64,000 nucleotides of DNA, taken from an uncultured Candidatus Rokubacteria bacterium (lineage in GTDB: Bacteria; Methylomirabilota; Methylomirabilia; Rokubacteriales; CSP1-6). Every line of letters starts with the position of its first letter. The first letter of the stretch is position 1. The notes under the pieces are model-generated. The model did not search any database. It saw only the letters and a list, made by a program, of their open reading frames with translations, and was not told where the DNA came from. The stretch covers positions 128,001-192,000 of the forward strand of contig CAVWWD010000003.1 in assembly GCA_963758635.1 (NCBI GenBank). The letters are read 5' to 3'. Of the stretch, positions 10,805-22,512 are shown one piece after another. Position numbers and translations under genes: made by a program.

Positions 10805-11803
10805 ATGGCCCAGGTGAAGACGGCGGCGCCCTCTCCCCGGATCGACTCCGACCTGGCTCGCAAGCTGCTGAGCCAGATGGCGCTCATCCGTCGATTCGAG
10901 GAGAAGGCCGCGGAGATGTACGCGCTCGGGAAGATCGGCGGATTCCTGCACCTGTACATCGGCCAGGAAGCCGTCGCCGTCGGCGCCACGTCCCACGTGC
11001 GCCTCGACGACTACGCCGTGTCCTCGTACCGCGAGCACGGCCACTGCCTCGCCAAGGGCTCCGACCCCCGGAACATCATGGCCGAGCTGTTCGGCCGCCG
11101 CGACGGCCTCAGCAAGGGCAAGGGCGGCTCGATGCACCTCTTCGACAAGTCGGTGAACTTCCTCGGTGGCCACGCCATCGTGGGCGCGCACCTGCCGCTC
11201 GCCGCCGGCGCCGGCTTTGCGATCAAGTACCGGGGCGGGGACCAGGTCGTCCTGTGCTACTTCGGCGACGGCGCCGTGCCGCAGGGGGAGTTCCACGAGT
11301 CGATGAACCTGGCCTCGCTCTGGAAGCTGCCCGTCATCTTCATCTGCGAGAACAACCGCTACGCGATGGGCACCGCCATCGACCGGGCCCTCGCCCAGAC
11401 GGAGATCTGGCGCTTCGCCGAGAACTACAACATGCACGGCGAGGCGGTGGACGGCATGGACGTGCTCGCCGTCCGCGAGGCGATCGGGCGGGCGGTGGCG
11501 CGGGCCCGCAAGGACAAGGCCCCGGCCCTGATCGAGGCCCGCACCTATCGGTTCCGCGGGCACTCCATGCGGGACCCCGCCGGCGCGGTGTACCGGACGC
11601 GGGAGGAGGTCGATCGCGAGAAGCAGCGCGACCCCATCCTGCTCTTCGCCGAGCGCTGCGTGAAGGACGGCATCCTCGCCGACGTGGACGTGAAGGCCAT
11701 CGAGAAGGACGTGTCGGACGTGGTCGACGAGGCGGTGGCCTTCGCCGACGCCTCGCCGGAGCCGCCGGCGGAGTGGCTGCTCACCGACGTCTACAAGGAC
11801 TAG
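10805..11803 (+). CDS. pdhA: Pyruvate dehydrogenase E1 alpha
   Basis: GFLHLYIGQEA, GKGGSMH, FGDGA..NNRY TPP motif, TYRFRGHSM. Confidence 0.93.
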   Translation: MAQVKTAAPSPRIDSDLARKLLSQMALIRRFEEKAAEMYALGKIGGFLHLYIGQEAVAVGATSHVRLDDYAVSSYREHGHCLAKGSDPRNIMAELFGRRDGLSKGKGGSMHLFDKSVNFLGGHAIVGAHLPLAAGAGFAIKYRGGDQVVLCYFGDGAVPQGEFHESMNLASLWKLPVIFICENNRYAMGTAIDRALAQTEIWRFAENYNMHGEAVDGMDVLAVREAIGRAVARARKDKAPALIEARTYRFRGHSMRDPAGAVYRTREEVDREKQRDPILLFAERCVKDGILADVDVKAIEKDVSDVVDEAVAFADASPEPPAEWLLTDVYKD

Positions 11804-11807
11804 CGTC

Positions 11808-12788
11808 ATGGCCATCATGACCTACCGCGAGGCCCTCAACCTGGCGCTCCGCGAGGAGATGGAGCGCGACCCGAGCGTCTTCGTGATGGGCGAGGAGGTC
11901 GGGCTCTACGAGGGCGCCTACAAGGTCACGCAGGGCCTCCTCAAGACGTTCGGGGACAAGCGCATCATCGACACCCCGATCTGCGAGTCCGGCTTCGTGG
12001 GCGTCGGGGTGGGGGCGGCGATGCTCGGGCTCCGGCCCGTCGTCGAGGTGATGACGTTCAACTTCTCCATCCTCGCCCTCGACCAGATCGTGAACACCGC
12101 GGCGAAGACGCTCTACATGTCGGGCGGCCAGTACAACATCCCGCTCGTGCTCCGCGGCCCGGGCGGGCCGGCGGCGCAGCTCGCCGCCCAGCACTCGCAG
12201 AGCATGGAGGTGTACTACTACCACGTGCCCGGCCTGAAGGTCGTGCGGCCCACCACGCCCGCCGACGCCAAGGGCCTGCTCAAGTCGGCGATCCGGGACG
12301 ACAACCCGGTGATCTTCATCGAGGCCGAGACCCTCTACGCGGTGAAGGGCGAGGTCCCCGAGGATCCCGACTTCACGATCCCGCTCGGCCAGGCCATCGT
12401 CCGGCGCGAGGGCACCGACGTCACCGTGATCGCGTACATGGGCATGATGTACCGCGCGATGGAGGTGGCGGAGGAGCTGGAGAAGGAGGGGATCTCCGTC
12501 GAGCTCGTCGATCCGCGGACCCTCCGGCCCATGGACATGGACACCATCATCGGCTCGGTGCGGAAGACGCACCGGGCGGTCGTGCTCGAGGCGGGGGCGG
12601 GCTTCGCGGGGATGGGATCGGAGATCGCCGCGGCCATCCAGGAGACGGCCTTCGACGACCTGGACGGCCCGGTGGAGCGCGTCACCGGCGAGAACGCGCC
12701 GATGCCGTACGCCCGGAACCTCGAGCTCCTGAAGACCCCGTCCCGCGCCAAGATCGCCGCGGCCATTCGCCGGGTGTGCAACGCATGA
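11808..12788 (+). CDS. pdhB: Pyruvate dehydrogenase E1 beta
   Basis: GEEVG, DTPICESGF, AAQHSQS, DPRTLRP. Confidence 0.93.
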   Translation: MAIMTYREALNLALREEMERDPSVFVMGEEVGLYEGAYKVTQGLLKTFGDKRIIDTPICESGFVGVGVGAAMLGLRPVVEVMTFNFSILALDQIVNTAAKTLYMSGGQYNIPLVLRGPGGPAAQLAAQHSQSMEVYYYHVPGLKVVRPTTPADAKGLLKSAIRDDNPVIFIEAETLYAVKGEVPEDPDFTIPLGQAIVRREGTDVTVIAYMGMMYRAMEVAEELEKEGISVELVDPRTLRPMDMDTIIGSVRKTHRAVVLEAGAGFAGMGSEIAAAIQETAFDDLDGPVERVTGENAPMPYARNLELLKTPSRAKIAAAIRRVCNA

Positions 12789-14155
12789 TCAGCAAGGTGG
12801 TGATGCCCAAGCTCTCCGATGCGATGGAGACGGGCAAGGTCATCCAGTGGCTGAAGAAGGAGGGCGAGAGCGTCAAGGGCGGCGACGTGATCGCCGAGAT
12901 CGAGACCGACAAGGCCAACGTCGAGATCGAGGCCTTCGGCAGCGGCGTGCTCAGGAAGATCGTGGTGGACGCCGGCGGCGAGGTGCCCGTCGGCCAGCTC
13001 ATCGGCGTGATCGCGGAGCCGGCGGAGGACATCGGGAGCGTGCTGTCCGCGGCCCCCGCGCCGGCCGCTCCCGCGCCCGCGTCCGCGCCACGCGCCGCCG
13101 AGGCGTCGGCGACCCCGGCGTCCGCGCCCGCGCGTGGCCTGCCCGCGTCCGAGACCTACTCGTCCACGCCGGCCACGGCCACCGTCGTGCCGATGGGCGC
13201 CGCGCCGGCGCGCCCGGCGGCCGCTCCGGCCGGCGCGCCCGCGGGGGAGCGCGTGAAGGCCTCGCCGCTCGCCCGGAAGGTGGCGGCCCAGTCCGGCGTG
13301 GACCTGCGCCTCGTCCAGGGCTCGGGCCCGGGCGGCCGCATCATCCGGCGCGACGTGGAAGCGGCGGCCGCCGCCCCGGCCGCGGCGGCGCCGGTGGCGA
13401 TGCCAGCTCCCGCGCCGGCTCCCGCCGCGGCGCCGTCCCGTCGCGGGTTCACGATTCCGCCGCGGCCGGCCGCGGAGTACGAGGACCGGCCGCTCACCGC
13501 CATGCGGGCGGCCATCGCCAAGCGCATGCCGATGTCGAAGGCTCCGGTGCCGCACTTCTACGTCACCGTCGAGGCGGCCATGGAGCGGGCGGTGGCGCTC
13601 CGCGCGGAGCTGAACGGGCTCGAGGGCAATCCGAAGACGTCGGTCACCGACATGGTGATCAAGGCGTGCGCGCTCGCCCTCCGCGCCCATCCCGGGATCA
13701 ACGCGTCGTTCTCGGGGCAGAGCATCCGCGTGCATCACCGGGCGCACATCGGTCTCGCGGTGGCGCTCGACGCCGGGCTGATCACCCCGGTGCTGCGCGA
13801 CGCGGACGTGAAGCCCCTGCTCCAGATCGCGGTGGAGTCCCGGGACCTCGCCGAGCGCTCGCGTGCCGGCAAGCTGCGCGTGCCCGAGCTGTCGGGGGCC
13901 ACGTTCTCCATCTCGAACCTCGGCATGTTCGACGTGGAGGAGTTCTCCGCGATCATCAACCCGCCCGAGGGGGCGATCCTCGCCGTGGGGTCCATCCTCG
14001 ACAAGCCGGTGGTGGTGGACGGGCGGGTCAAGCCGGGCCAGCGCATGAAGATGACGATCTCCTGCGACCATCGCGTCACCGACGGCGCCGCCGCCGCCCG
14101 CTTCCTGCAGGACGTGAGGCGGCTCCTCGAGGAGCCCCTCCGGCTCATGGTCTGA
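12785..14155 (+). CDS. pdhC: Dihydrolipoamide acetyltransferase E2
   Basis: Lipoyl motif ETDKA, Ala/Pro linkers, KASPLARK, catalytic DHRVTDG. Confidence 0.93.
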   Translation: MISKVVMPKLSDAMETGKVIQWLKKEGESVKGGDVIAEIETDKANVEIEAFGSGVLRKIVVDAGGEVPVGQLIGVIAEPAEDIGSVLSAAPAPAAPAPASAPRAAEASATPASAPARGLPASETYSSTPATATVVPMGAAPARPAAAPAGAPAGERVKASPLARKVAAQSGVDLRLVQGSGPGGRIIRRDVEAAAAAPAAAAPVAMPAPAPAPAAAPSRRGFTIPPRPAAEYEDRPLTAMRAAIAKRMPMSKAPVPHFYVTVEAAMERAVALRAELNGLEGNPKTSVTDMVIKACALALRAHPGINASFSGQSIRVHHRAHIGLAVALDAGLITPVLRDADVKPLLQIAVESRDLAERSRAGKLRVPELSGATFSISNLGMFDVEEFSAIINPPEGAILAVGSILDKPVVVDGRVKPGQRMKMTISCDHRVTDGAAAARFLQDVRRLLEEPLRLMV

Positions 14156-14159
14156 CCCG

Positions 14160-15575
14160 ATGGCCTCCGGCTCGGCGTCCAGCGCGTCCCACGACGTCGT
14201 CGTCGTCGGCACCGGCCCCGGCGGGTACGTGGCCGCCATCCGGTGCGCGCAGCTCGGTCTCTCCGTGGCCACCGTGGAGGACGATCGACCCGGAGGCGTG
14301 TGCCTGAACTGGGGCTGCATCCCCACCAAGGCCCTGCTGCGGAACGCCGAGGTCGTCTCCCTCGTGAGCCGGGCCCAGGAGTTCGGCGTCACCATCAAGG
14401 AGTGGACCGCCGACTACGCGCAGGCCGTCCAGCGCTCGCGTCGCGTGGCCGACCGCATGTCGAAGGGCGTCGAGTTCCTGTTCAGGAAGAACAAGATCAC
14501 CCACGCGCCGGGCACCGGCCGGCTCAAGGCCAGGAACGTCGTCGAGGTCACGGGCGCGGACGGCACGCGGACGACCCTCGAGGCCAGGAAGGCGGTGATC
14601 CTCGCCACGGGCTCGGAGCCGAAGTCGCTGCCCGGCGTGACCATCGACGAGAAGTCCGTGATCTCCTCGAACGGCGCGGTCCGGAACGAGACGCGACCCG
14701 CGTCGCTCGTGATCATCGGCGCGGGGGCGGTGGGGATGGAGTTCGCGGACGTGTACGCCGCCTACGGCACGGAGGTCACCGTCATCGAGGCCCTGCCGCG
14801 GGTCTTGCCCGTGGAGGACGAGGAGGTGTCGACGCAGATGGCGCGCCTGTTCACGCGCCGGGGCATGACGGTGCGGACGGGCGTCGTGGTCAAGTCGGTG
14901 AAGGCGGCCCGAGGCGGTGTCACCGTCGAGGTCGAGGCCGAGGGGAAGGCGGAGCAGCTCCGCGCGGAGCAGGTCCTGATGGCCGTGGGCCGGGCCGCGC
15001 GCACCCGCGACCTCGGCCTCGAGGCGCTCGGGGTCGCGCTCGAGCGGGGCTTCGTGAAGGCCTCGTCCACGATGGAGACCTCGGTCAAGGGCGTCTACGC
15101 GATCGGCGACATGACGGGCCGCCAGCTCCTGGCCCACAAGGCGATGGCCGAGGGCGTGGTGGCCGCGGAGGCGATCGCGGGGCGCTCCCCCCGCCCCGTG
15201 GACTACGACAACGTCCCGTCCTGCACCTACTGCCGTCCCCAGGTCGCCTCCATCGGGCTGTCGGAAGCGCGCGCCAAGGCGAACGGGCGCGAGATCTCCG
15301 TGGGACGGTTCCCGTTCACGGCCAGCGGCAAGGCGGTGGCCCTCGGTGAGACCGAGGGCTTTCTGAAGGTCGTTGCCGACAAGGCGACGGGGGAGCTACT
15401 GGGCGCGCACATCGTCGGGCCGGAGGCGACCGAGCTGATCCACGAGTTCGCGGTGGGACGCACGCTCGAGGCCACGCTGGAGGAGATCATCCACACGGTG
15501 CACGCGCACCCCACGCTGTCCGAGGCGGCGCTCGAGGCCACGCTGGCCGCGCTCGGCCAGGCCATCCACCTCTGA
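14160..15575 (+). CDS. lpdA: Dihydrolipoamide dehydrogenase E3
   Basis: GTGPGGYVAA, GGVCLNWGCIPTK, HAHPTLSE. Confidence 0.95.
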   Translation: MASGSASSASHDVVVVGTGPGGYVAAIRCAQLGLSVATVEDDRPGGVCLNWGCIPTKALLRNAEVVSLVSRAQEFGVTIKEWTADYAQAVQRSRRVADRMSKGVEFLFRKNKITHAPGTGRLKARNVVEVTGADGTRTTLEARKAVILATGSEPKSLPGVTIDEKSVISSNGAVRNETRPASLVIIGAGAVGMEFADVYAAYGTEVTVIEALPRVLPVEDEEVSTQMARLFTRRGMTVRTGVVVKSVKAARGGVTVEVEAEGKAEQLRAEQVLMAVGRAARTRDLGLEALGVALERGFVKASSTMETSVKGVYAIGDMTGRQLLAHKAMAEGVVAAEAIAGRSPRPVDYDNVPSCTYCRPQVASIGLSEARAKANGREISVGRFPFTASGKAVALGETEGFLKVVADKATGELLGAHIVGPEATELIHEFAVGRTLEATLEEIIHTVHAHPTLSEAALEATLAALGQAIHL

Positions 15576-15635
15576 GGGCGCCACGGCGCCGCTCGCCCTC
15601 GAGCGACCGGCTCCCGGACGCGTCCCCGACCCCGG

Positions 15636-15950
15636 TCAGTGGTCGGCGCGGCCCTGGTTCATCTCGTCCCGCATCGCCGACTTCCCGGCCTCGAAGGCGG
15701 AGATGAGGCGCTGCGTCTGCTCCTCGAAGTACTCGCGGCTGCGGTCGAAGAGATGCCCGGCCCGCGACTGGACGTCCCCCGCCGTGGCCTGGGCCCGCCG
15801 CCACGCCTCGCCGCCATGCTCGATCAGGAGCTCGCGGGTCTCCTGCCCCGTCCGCGGAGCGAGGAGCATGGCCACGGCGCCGCCCACGATCGCGCCCAGG
15901 AAGAACCAGCCAAGGTAGCTCGCCGCATCGGATCCGTGATCGTTCGCCAT
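15636..15950 (-). CDS. YtxH-like protein
   Basis: FFLGAIVGGAVAMLLAPRTGQETR; SD GAGGAGG. Confidence 0.8.
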   Translation of the reverse strand: MANDHGSDAASYLGWFFLGAIVGGAVAMLLAPRTGQETRELLIEHGGEAWRRAQATAGDVQSRAGHLFDRSREYFEEQTQRLISAFEAGKSAMRDEMNQGRADH

Positions 15951-16014
15951 GCTCTGTTTCCTCCTCCTCGCCCTTCGGGGTGCTGGTTCGGCGCGCGCTT
16001 CGGGGCGTCCGCGG

Positions 16015-16392
16015 TCAGCGGCTCTTCCGGAGCCGCGCGGCGAAGACGTTGAGCCCCTTCTTGACGCCGGCGGCGACTCCCACCATCCGTCCGAGGCTGG
16101 TCACCGCGCTGAGCGCCCCGGCGATGCGCACCACCGCGAGCGACACCTCCTCGACCCGGCGCACGACCACGCTCACGCGGTCGACCTCGCGCGTGACCTG
16201 GCGGGAGAGACCGCGCAGGTCCTCCGCCAAGGCCTCGAGCTGGCTCGCGAGGGGCCGGATCTCGCGCTCCACGAGGCCCAGCACGCTCGCCGCCCGCCGG
16301 GCGGTTTCCCGGACGCTCAGGAGCGCGTAGACGAGGGCCGCGCTCACGGCCACGACGGAGACCACGATAAGCGCTTGCGCCACGGGATGCAC
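16015..16392 (-). CDS. DUF948/YtxG-like membrane-anchored coiled-coil protein
   Basis: N-terminal TM helix then amphipathic heptads; directly upstream of the ytxH-like gene. Confidence 0.6.
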   Translation of the reverse strand: MHPVAQALIVVSVVAVSAALVYALLSVRETARRAASVLGLVEREIRPLASQLEALAEDLRGLSRQVTREVDRVSVVVRRVEEVSLAVVRIAGALSAVTSLGRMVGVAAGVKKGLNVFAARLRKSR

Positions 16393-16398
16393 GGGCGC

Positions 16399-16428
16399 AG
16401 CGTAAGTCACGCTCCACGCCGAAGTCAA
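16399..16428 (-). promoter_or_regulatory. Sigma70-type promoter (TTGACT-N18-TACGCT), apparently leaderless
   Basis: -10 lies 6 nt upstream of GTG 16392. Confidence 0.55.
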
Positions 16429-16458
16429 CCGGCGACCCGCGAAAGTGCTCGCGGTCGA

Positions 16459-16488
16459 TTGACTTTCCCGTCACCGTCTCCCTATACT
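16459..16488 (+). promoter_or_regulatory. Sigma70-type promoter (TTGACT-N18-TATACT) for the carboxyltransferase operon
   Basis: Near-consensus hexamers upstream of SD AGGAAGGAG. Confidence 0.65.
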
Positions 16489-16551
16489 TGCCGGCGAGTT
16501 CCCGCCTAGTACGAATCAGACCAGACGCGATCAGGAAGGAGTCGCAGCCGG

Positions 16552-18102
<1,551 letters not shown>

Positions 18103-18119
18103 GCGCGCGGCGTCGAGGA

Positions 18120-18213
18120 GATCCAACCCGCATGCCCCGGACGGGCGAGAAGATCCATCCCGCATGACCCCGGACGGGCGAGAGGATCTCGCATGACCCC
18201 GGACGAGCGAGAA
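18120..18213. repeat. 3 x ~32-bp degenerate tandem repeat of the mutase start region
   Basis: GATC..CGCATG(A)CCCCGGACG(G/A)GCGAGA at 18120, 18152 and 18185. Confidence 0.88.
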
Positions 18214-19863
18214 CGCATCGACGAGGCGCACCGCGCCTGGGAGGCCCGCGTCCTCCGTCCGGCCCTCGCCAGGTCGCCCGAGCGCCCGGGGCCGTTCGCG
18301 ACCTCCGGTGGCGCGCCCGTCGAGCGCCTGTACTCACCCGCCGACCCGCCGGGCCCCGACTACGTGGCCGACCTTGGCTTCCCCGGCGAGTACCCGTTCA
18401 CGCGCGGCGTGCAGCCCACCATGTACCGCGGCCGCCTGTGGACGATGCGTCAGTACGCGGGGTTTGGCTCGGCGACGGAGACGAACCGGCGCTACCGCTA
18501 TCTCCTCGAGCAAGGCCAGACCGGGCTCAGCGTGGCGTTCGACCTGCCCACCCAGATGGGGTACGACGCCGACCACGCGATGGCGCGCAGCGAGGTGGGC
18601 AAGGTCGGCGTGGCCATCTCGAGCATCGACGACGCGCTCGACCTGTTCGACGGCATCCCGCTCGACCGCGCGTCCACGTCGATGACGATCAACGCCACCG
18701 CCGCCATCCTCCTGTGCCTGTACGTGGCCGTGGCGGCGCGGCAGGGCGTGGCGTCGGAGCGCCTGTCCGGCACCGTGCAGAACGACATCCTGAAGGAGTA
18801 CATCGCGCGGGGCACGTACATCTTCCCGCCCGGCCCCTCCCTGCGGCTGATCACCGACACGTTCGCGTTCTGCAAGGACCGCGTGCCGCGCTGGAACACG
18901 ATCTCGATCTCGGGGTACCACATCCGCGAGGCGGGATGCACGGCGGCGCAGGAGGTGGGCTTCACGCTCGCCAACGCCATCGCCTACGTGGGCGCGGCCA
19001 TCGACGCCGGGCTATCGGTGGATGAGTTCGCCCCGCAGCTGTCCTTCTTCTTCAACGCCCACAACAACCTGATCGAGGAGGTGGCGAAGTTCCGGGCGGC
19101 GCGGCGGCTCTGGGCGCGGCTCATGCGCGAGCGCTTCCACGCGCGGGACCCGCGCTCCCTCGCCCTGCGCTTCCACGCCCAGACGGCGGGGAGCATGCTG
19201 ACGGCCCAGCAGCCCGAGAACAACATCGTCCGCGTGACCGTCCAGGCCCTCGCCGCCGTCCTCGGGGGCTGCCAGTCGCTGCACACGAACTCGATGGACG
19301 AGGCGCTCTCGCTCCCGGGCGAGGAGTCGGTGCGCATCGCGCTGCGGACCCAGCAGATCCTCGCGCACGAGTCGGGGGTTGCCGACACCATCGACCCGCT
19401 CGGCGGATCGTTCGCGGTGGAGCGGCTGACCGGCCAGATCGAGGAGGAGGCGCAGGCCTACATCGCCAAGATCGACGGCTTCGGGGGCGCGGTCCACGCC
19501 ATCTCGTTCATGCAGCGGGAGATCCAGGAGGCGGCCTACCGCTACCAGCAGGAGGTCGAGTCCCGGACCCGGATCGTCGTCGGCGTCAACGAGTTCACGA
19601 TCGACGAGCCGCCGCCCGGCGACCTCTTCCAGGTCGACCCCGCGGTGGGCGAGCGGCTGACCGAGCGGCTCGCGAAGCTCCGCGCGCGGCGGGACGCCGA
19701 CCGCGCCCGGCGCGCCCTCGACGCGGTGGACGGCGCGGCCCGCGGCGACGCGAACCTCCTCGTGCCCATTCTCGAGGCGATCGAGGCCTCGGTGACCCTC
19801 GGTGAGATCTGTGACGCGCTGCGAGCCGTCTTCGGTGTCCACCAGCCGTCGGTCACCTTCTAG
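18193..19863 (+). CDS. Methylmalonyl-CoA mutase, substrate-binding large subunit (no B12 domain)
   Basis: [18 protein letters not shown] (Tyr), [11 protein letters not shown] (Arg), SISGYHIRE; no DxHxxG. Confidence 0.88.
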   Translation: MTPDERERIDEAHRAWEARVLRPALARSPERPGPFATSGGAPVERLYSPADPPGPDYVADLGFPGEYPFTRGVQPTMYRGRLWTMRQYAGFGSATETNRRYRYLLEQGQTGLSVAFDLPTQMGYDADHAMARSEVGKVGVAISSIDDALDLFDGIPLDRASTSMTINATAAILLCLYVAVAARQGVASERLSGTVQNDILKEYIARGTYIFPPGPSLRLITDTFAFCKDRVPRWNTISISGYHIREAGCTAAQEVGFTLANAIAYVGAAIDAGLSVDEFAPQLSFFFNAHNNLIEEVAKFRAARRLWARLMRERFHARDPRSLALRFHAQTAGSMLTAQQPENNIVRVTVQALAAVLGGCQSLHTNSMDEALSLPGEESVRIALRTQQILAHESGVADTIDPLGGSFAVERLTGQIEEEAQAYIAKIDGFGGAVHAISFMQREIQEAAYRYQQEVESRTRIVVGVNEFTIDEPPPGDLFQVDPAVGERLTERLAKLRARRDADRARRALDAVDGAARGDANLLVPILEAIEASVTLGEICDALRAVFGVHQPSVTF

Positions 19864-20699
19864 TGAGCCATTCGCGAATGATGCGGACCGATCGCCGGCG
19901 GCGCGCGGGCGCCGTCGCCGCGCTCCTGGCCGCCATCCTCCTGGCTGCCGCGCCCGCGGCGGCCGGCATCGCCGACCAGGTCGGGGCGACCTTCGGCCTC
20001 ATGCTCCAGGACGTGGTCGCCGCGTTCCCCGCGGTCGAAGGGCTCGTGCTCGCGGTGGACGGCGATCGGCTCTTCCTCGACCTCACCGAGCGCGACGGCG
20101 TGCGGCCAGGCCAGGAGTTCACGATCTTCCGCAAGGGCGACGTGTTCCGGCATCCCGTGACGGGGCAGCGCCTCGGGCGGTTCGAGGACACCCTGGGCCA
20201 CGCGCGCGTGAAGCAGGTGCAGGCCGGCTTCAGCGAGGCGGTGCTGGTGCCGGCCAACGGCGCGCCGGGCATCCGCCCGGAGGACGGGGTGCGGATCACG
20301 CGCGGTCGCCTCCGCGTGGCGGTGCCGCCCGCGGTGGACCTCACCCGGGCCCAGGCCGACCTGCGCCGCGTGCCCTACATGCTGGCCTTCGGACTGGACC
20401 AGACCAAGCGCTTCCAGTCCAGCGATCCCGCCGTGGTGCGCGAGCTGCTCCTCAACCAGCACACGAAAGTGGAGGAGCTGCTCGTCCGGCCCGAGAAGGT
20501 GGTCGCGCTCAGCCGGGCGCTCGAGGTGTCGGGCTGGCTGATCCCCGTCCTCATCGAGCGGGGGAACGCCATCTATCTGGACGTGACCTGGATTTCCGGC
20601 GTGACGGGGATGCCGCTCTTCTCCCGGCGCCTGTCCCTCGTCCGGGCGGAGTCGGCGACGGAGCAGCGCTTCCCATGGGAGCCGCGCGCCGAGGACTAG
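19863..20699 (+). CDS. Exported hypothetical protein with HPVTG..LG (FlgT C-terminal-like) domain
   Basis: Signal peptide; DGVRPGQEFTIFRKG..RHPVTGQRLG; start uncertain. Confidence 0.6.
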   Translation: MSHSRMMRTDRRRRAGAVAALLAAILLAAAPAAAGIADQVGATFGLMLQDVVAAFPAVEGLVLAVDGDRLFLDLTERDGVRPGQEFTIFRKGDVFRHPVTGQRLGRFEDTLGHARVKQVQAGFSEAVLVPANGAPGIRPEDGVRITRGRLRVAVPPAVDLTRAQADLRRVPYMLAFGLDQTKRFQSSDPAVVRELLLNQHTKVEELLVRPEKVVALSRALEVSGWLIPVLIERGNAIYLDVTWISGVTGMPLFSRRLSLVRAESATEQRFPWEPRAED

Positions 20700-20743
20700 G
20701 GGACCGTTCCCGGCCTCGCGCGATCTGGTATGCTCAGACGGCC

Positions 20744-21466
20744 ATGAAGCGCCGCGCCTGCATTTGCCTGGGGCTCGGGCTCTGCCTCACCGCGACGGTG
20801 TCGTCGGGATGCGTGAGTTTCCAGGAGCTCATCGGATTACCCAAGCAGAGCGATCCCAGCGTCGAGATCAGGTCGGCGGAGCCCAAGTGGCTCCTCATCA
20901 AGAACCCCCGTTTCGGTGACGTCCCCAGCGAGCCCGAGTACATCTGGGTGGAGGAGGACAAGATGCCGACCACGATGAAGACGCTCGTGTTCGGCAAGTC
21001 CAGTCTCATCGCGCCCCCGGAGATCGTGGCCAAGTACGGCTCGCCCCCGGGCGGGGGACGGATCAGCCCCCGGCAGAAGGTGCCCATCGCCGTCGACGGC
21101 GCCGCGAACACCAGCACCGCGTCGCGGCCCGCGCCGGGGGCTCAGCGTCCCGCGACGCCCGCCGGCACTGCCGCCACGCCTCCGGAGCCGGCGCCGGCCC
21201 GCGGCTTCGTGGTCTTCGTGGACAGCCCCCGCGTCGTCATCGACCTCACCGCCAAGGACGGGGTGCGCACGGGCGCCCTCGTGAGCTTCCGGCGCGATCG
21301 GATCCCCATCGTCCATCCCGTGACCGGGGAGCTCCTGGGCGAGCTCGACGAGGAGCTGGCCACCGGAAAGGTCACGGAGGTGCGTGACAAGTTCTCGGTG
21401 GTGGAGGTGCAGAGCGTGGCCCCCGGGGTCGCGCTGCAGGTCAAGGATCGCGTGGTCGTCCGGTGA
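20744..21466 (+). CDS. Lipoprotein with C-terminal HPVTGELLG domain
   Basis: MKRR..VSSGC lipobox-like; DGVRTGALVSFRR..VHPVTGELLG. Confidence 0.65.
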   Translation: MKRRACICLGLGLCLTATVSSGCVSFQELIGLPKQSDPSVEIRSAEPKWLLIKNPRFGDVPSEPEYIWVEEDKMPTTMKTLVFGKSSLIAPPEIVAKYGSPPGGGRISPRQKVPIAVDGAANTSTASRPAPGAQRPATPAGTAATPPEPAPARGFVVFVDSPRVVIDLTAKDGVRTGALVSFRRDRIPIVHPVTGELLGELDEELATGKVTEVRDKFSVVEVQSVAPGVALQVKDRVVVR

Positions 21467-22482
21467 CGCCCTCGCGCCCCGCGACGCCCGGCAGCCCGCT
21501 GGAAGCCCTGCTCAAGGAGCGCGTGGCCCTCGTGATCGGCGCGGAGATGCGCGCCATCGAGGAGGAGATCGGTCGCGAGATCCGCTCGCCCGTCGCGCTC
21601 ATCGAGGAGATGGGCGAGTTCATCGCCGGCGCGGGGGGCAAGCGCCTTCGGCCCATCCTCCTCCTGATGGCGGCGCGGCTCGCCGGCTACTCCGGGCCGC
21701 GGGCCGTCCGCATGGGATGCGTGGTGGAGCTCCTGCACACCGCCACCCTCATCCACGACGACGTGGTGGACCAGGCGCCGCTACGCCGCGGCCGGCCCTC
21801 GGCGAACGCGCGATGGGGCGACGACGCGTCGATCCTGGTGGGGGACCACCTCTACTCGAAGTCGTTCGCGCTCATGGTCGAGGACGGGGATCCCGCCGTG
21901 CTCGCGACGCTGGCCCGCGCCACCGTCTCGATGACGGAGGCCGAGGTCTTTCAGCTCGAGCGCAAGCGGAGCGGCACGACGACCGAGGCGGATTACCTGC
22001 GCATCATCACGCAGAAGACCGCGTCGTTCATCTCCGCGTGCTGCCGGATCGGCGCGCTCCTCGGAGGGGCGACCGGCGAGCGGCTCGAGGCCCTGACGCG
22101 CTACGGCCTCGAGATCGGCATCGCGTTCCAGATCAGCGACGACTCGCTCGACTTCGTGGCCGACGAGGCGCGGTTCGGCAAGGCCATCGGCGCCGACCTG
22201 CGCGAGGGCAAGCGGACGCTGCCGCTCATCGCCGCCCTCGATCGCGCGTCGCCGGTGGAGCGGGACCGCGTCCAGGCTCTCCTCAAGACGCACGCCCTCG
22301 AGCCCGGCGAGATCGAGGAGATCCGCCAGCTCGTGGTCCAGTACGACGGGGTCGAGTACGCGCTCGAGCGCGCGCACGCATACGCGCGCTCCGCGAAGGA
22401 CGGCCTGCGGGCGTTCCCGGCCTCCGAGCACCGCGAGACCCTGGCGCTGATCGCCGACTTCGTCGTCGATCGCGACCGGTAG
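21463..22482 (+). CDS. Polyprenyl diphosphate synthase (IspB/HepT-like)
   Basis: GGKRLRP, LIHDDVVD (FARM), QISDDSLD (SARM), DLREGKRTLP. Confidence 0.9.
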   Translation: MTPSRPATPGSPLEALLKERVALVIGAEMRAIEEEIGREIRSPVALIEEMGEFIAGAGGKRLRPILLLMAARLAGYSGPRAVRMGCVVELLHTATLIHDDVVDQAPLRRGRPSANARWGDDASILVGDHLYSKSFALMVEDGDPAVLATLARATVSMTEAEVFQLERKRSGTTTEADYLRIITQKTASFISACCRIGALLGGATGERLEALTRYGLEIGIAFQISDDSLDFVADEARFGKAIGADLREGKRTLPLIAALDRASPVERDRVQALLKTHALEPGEIEEIRQLVVQYDGVEYALERAHAYARSAKDGLRAFPASEHRETLALIADFVVDRDR

Positions 22483-22512
22483 CTCCCCACGGCCCCCGCC
22501 GATCCCGGTCGG

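Noticed and set aside
6567..14398. Long antisense and alternate-frame ORFs (e.g. 6771-8945, 12335-14398)
   Set aside because: Shadow ORFs expected from high GC3 codon bias; no recognisable motifs.
18193..19863. Isobutyryl-CoA or 2-hydroxyisobutyryl-CoA mutase
   Set aside because: RQYAG Tyr and the ARG Arg fit methylmalonyl-CoA specificity, consistent with the adjacent carboxyltransferase.
22480..22482. Pyrrolysine or amber recoding
   Set aside because: TAG is a normal stop in many genes here (nuoA, nuoB, nuoK, pdhA, glyQS); no pyl genes in the window.
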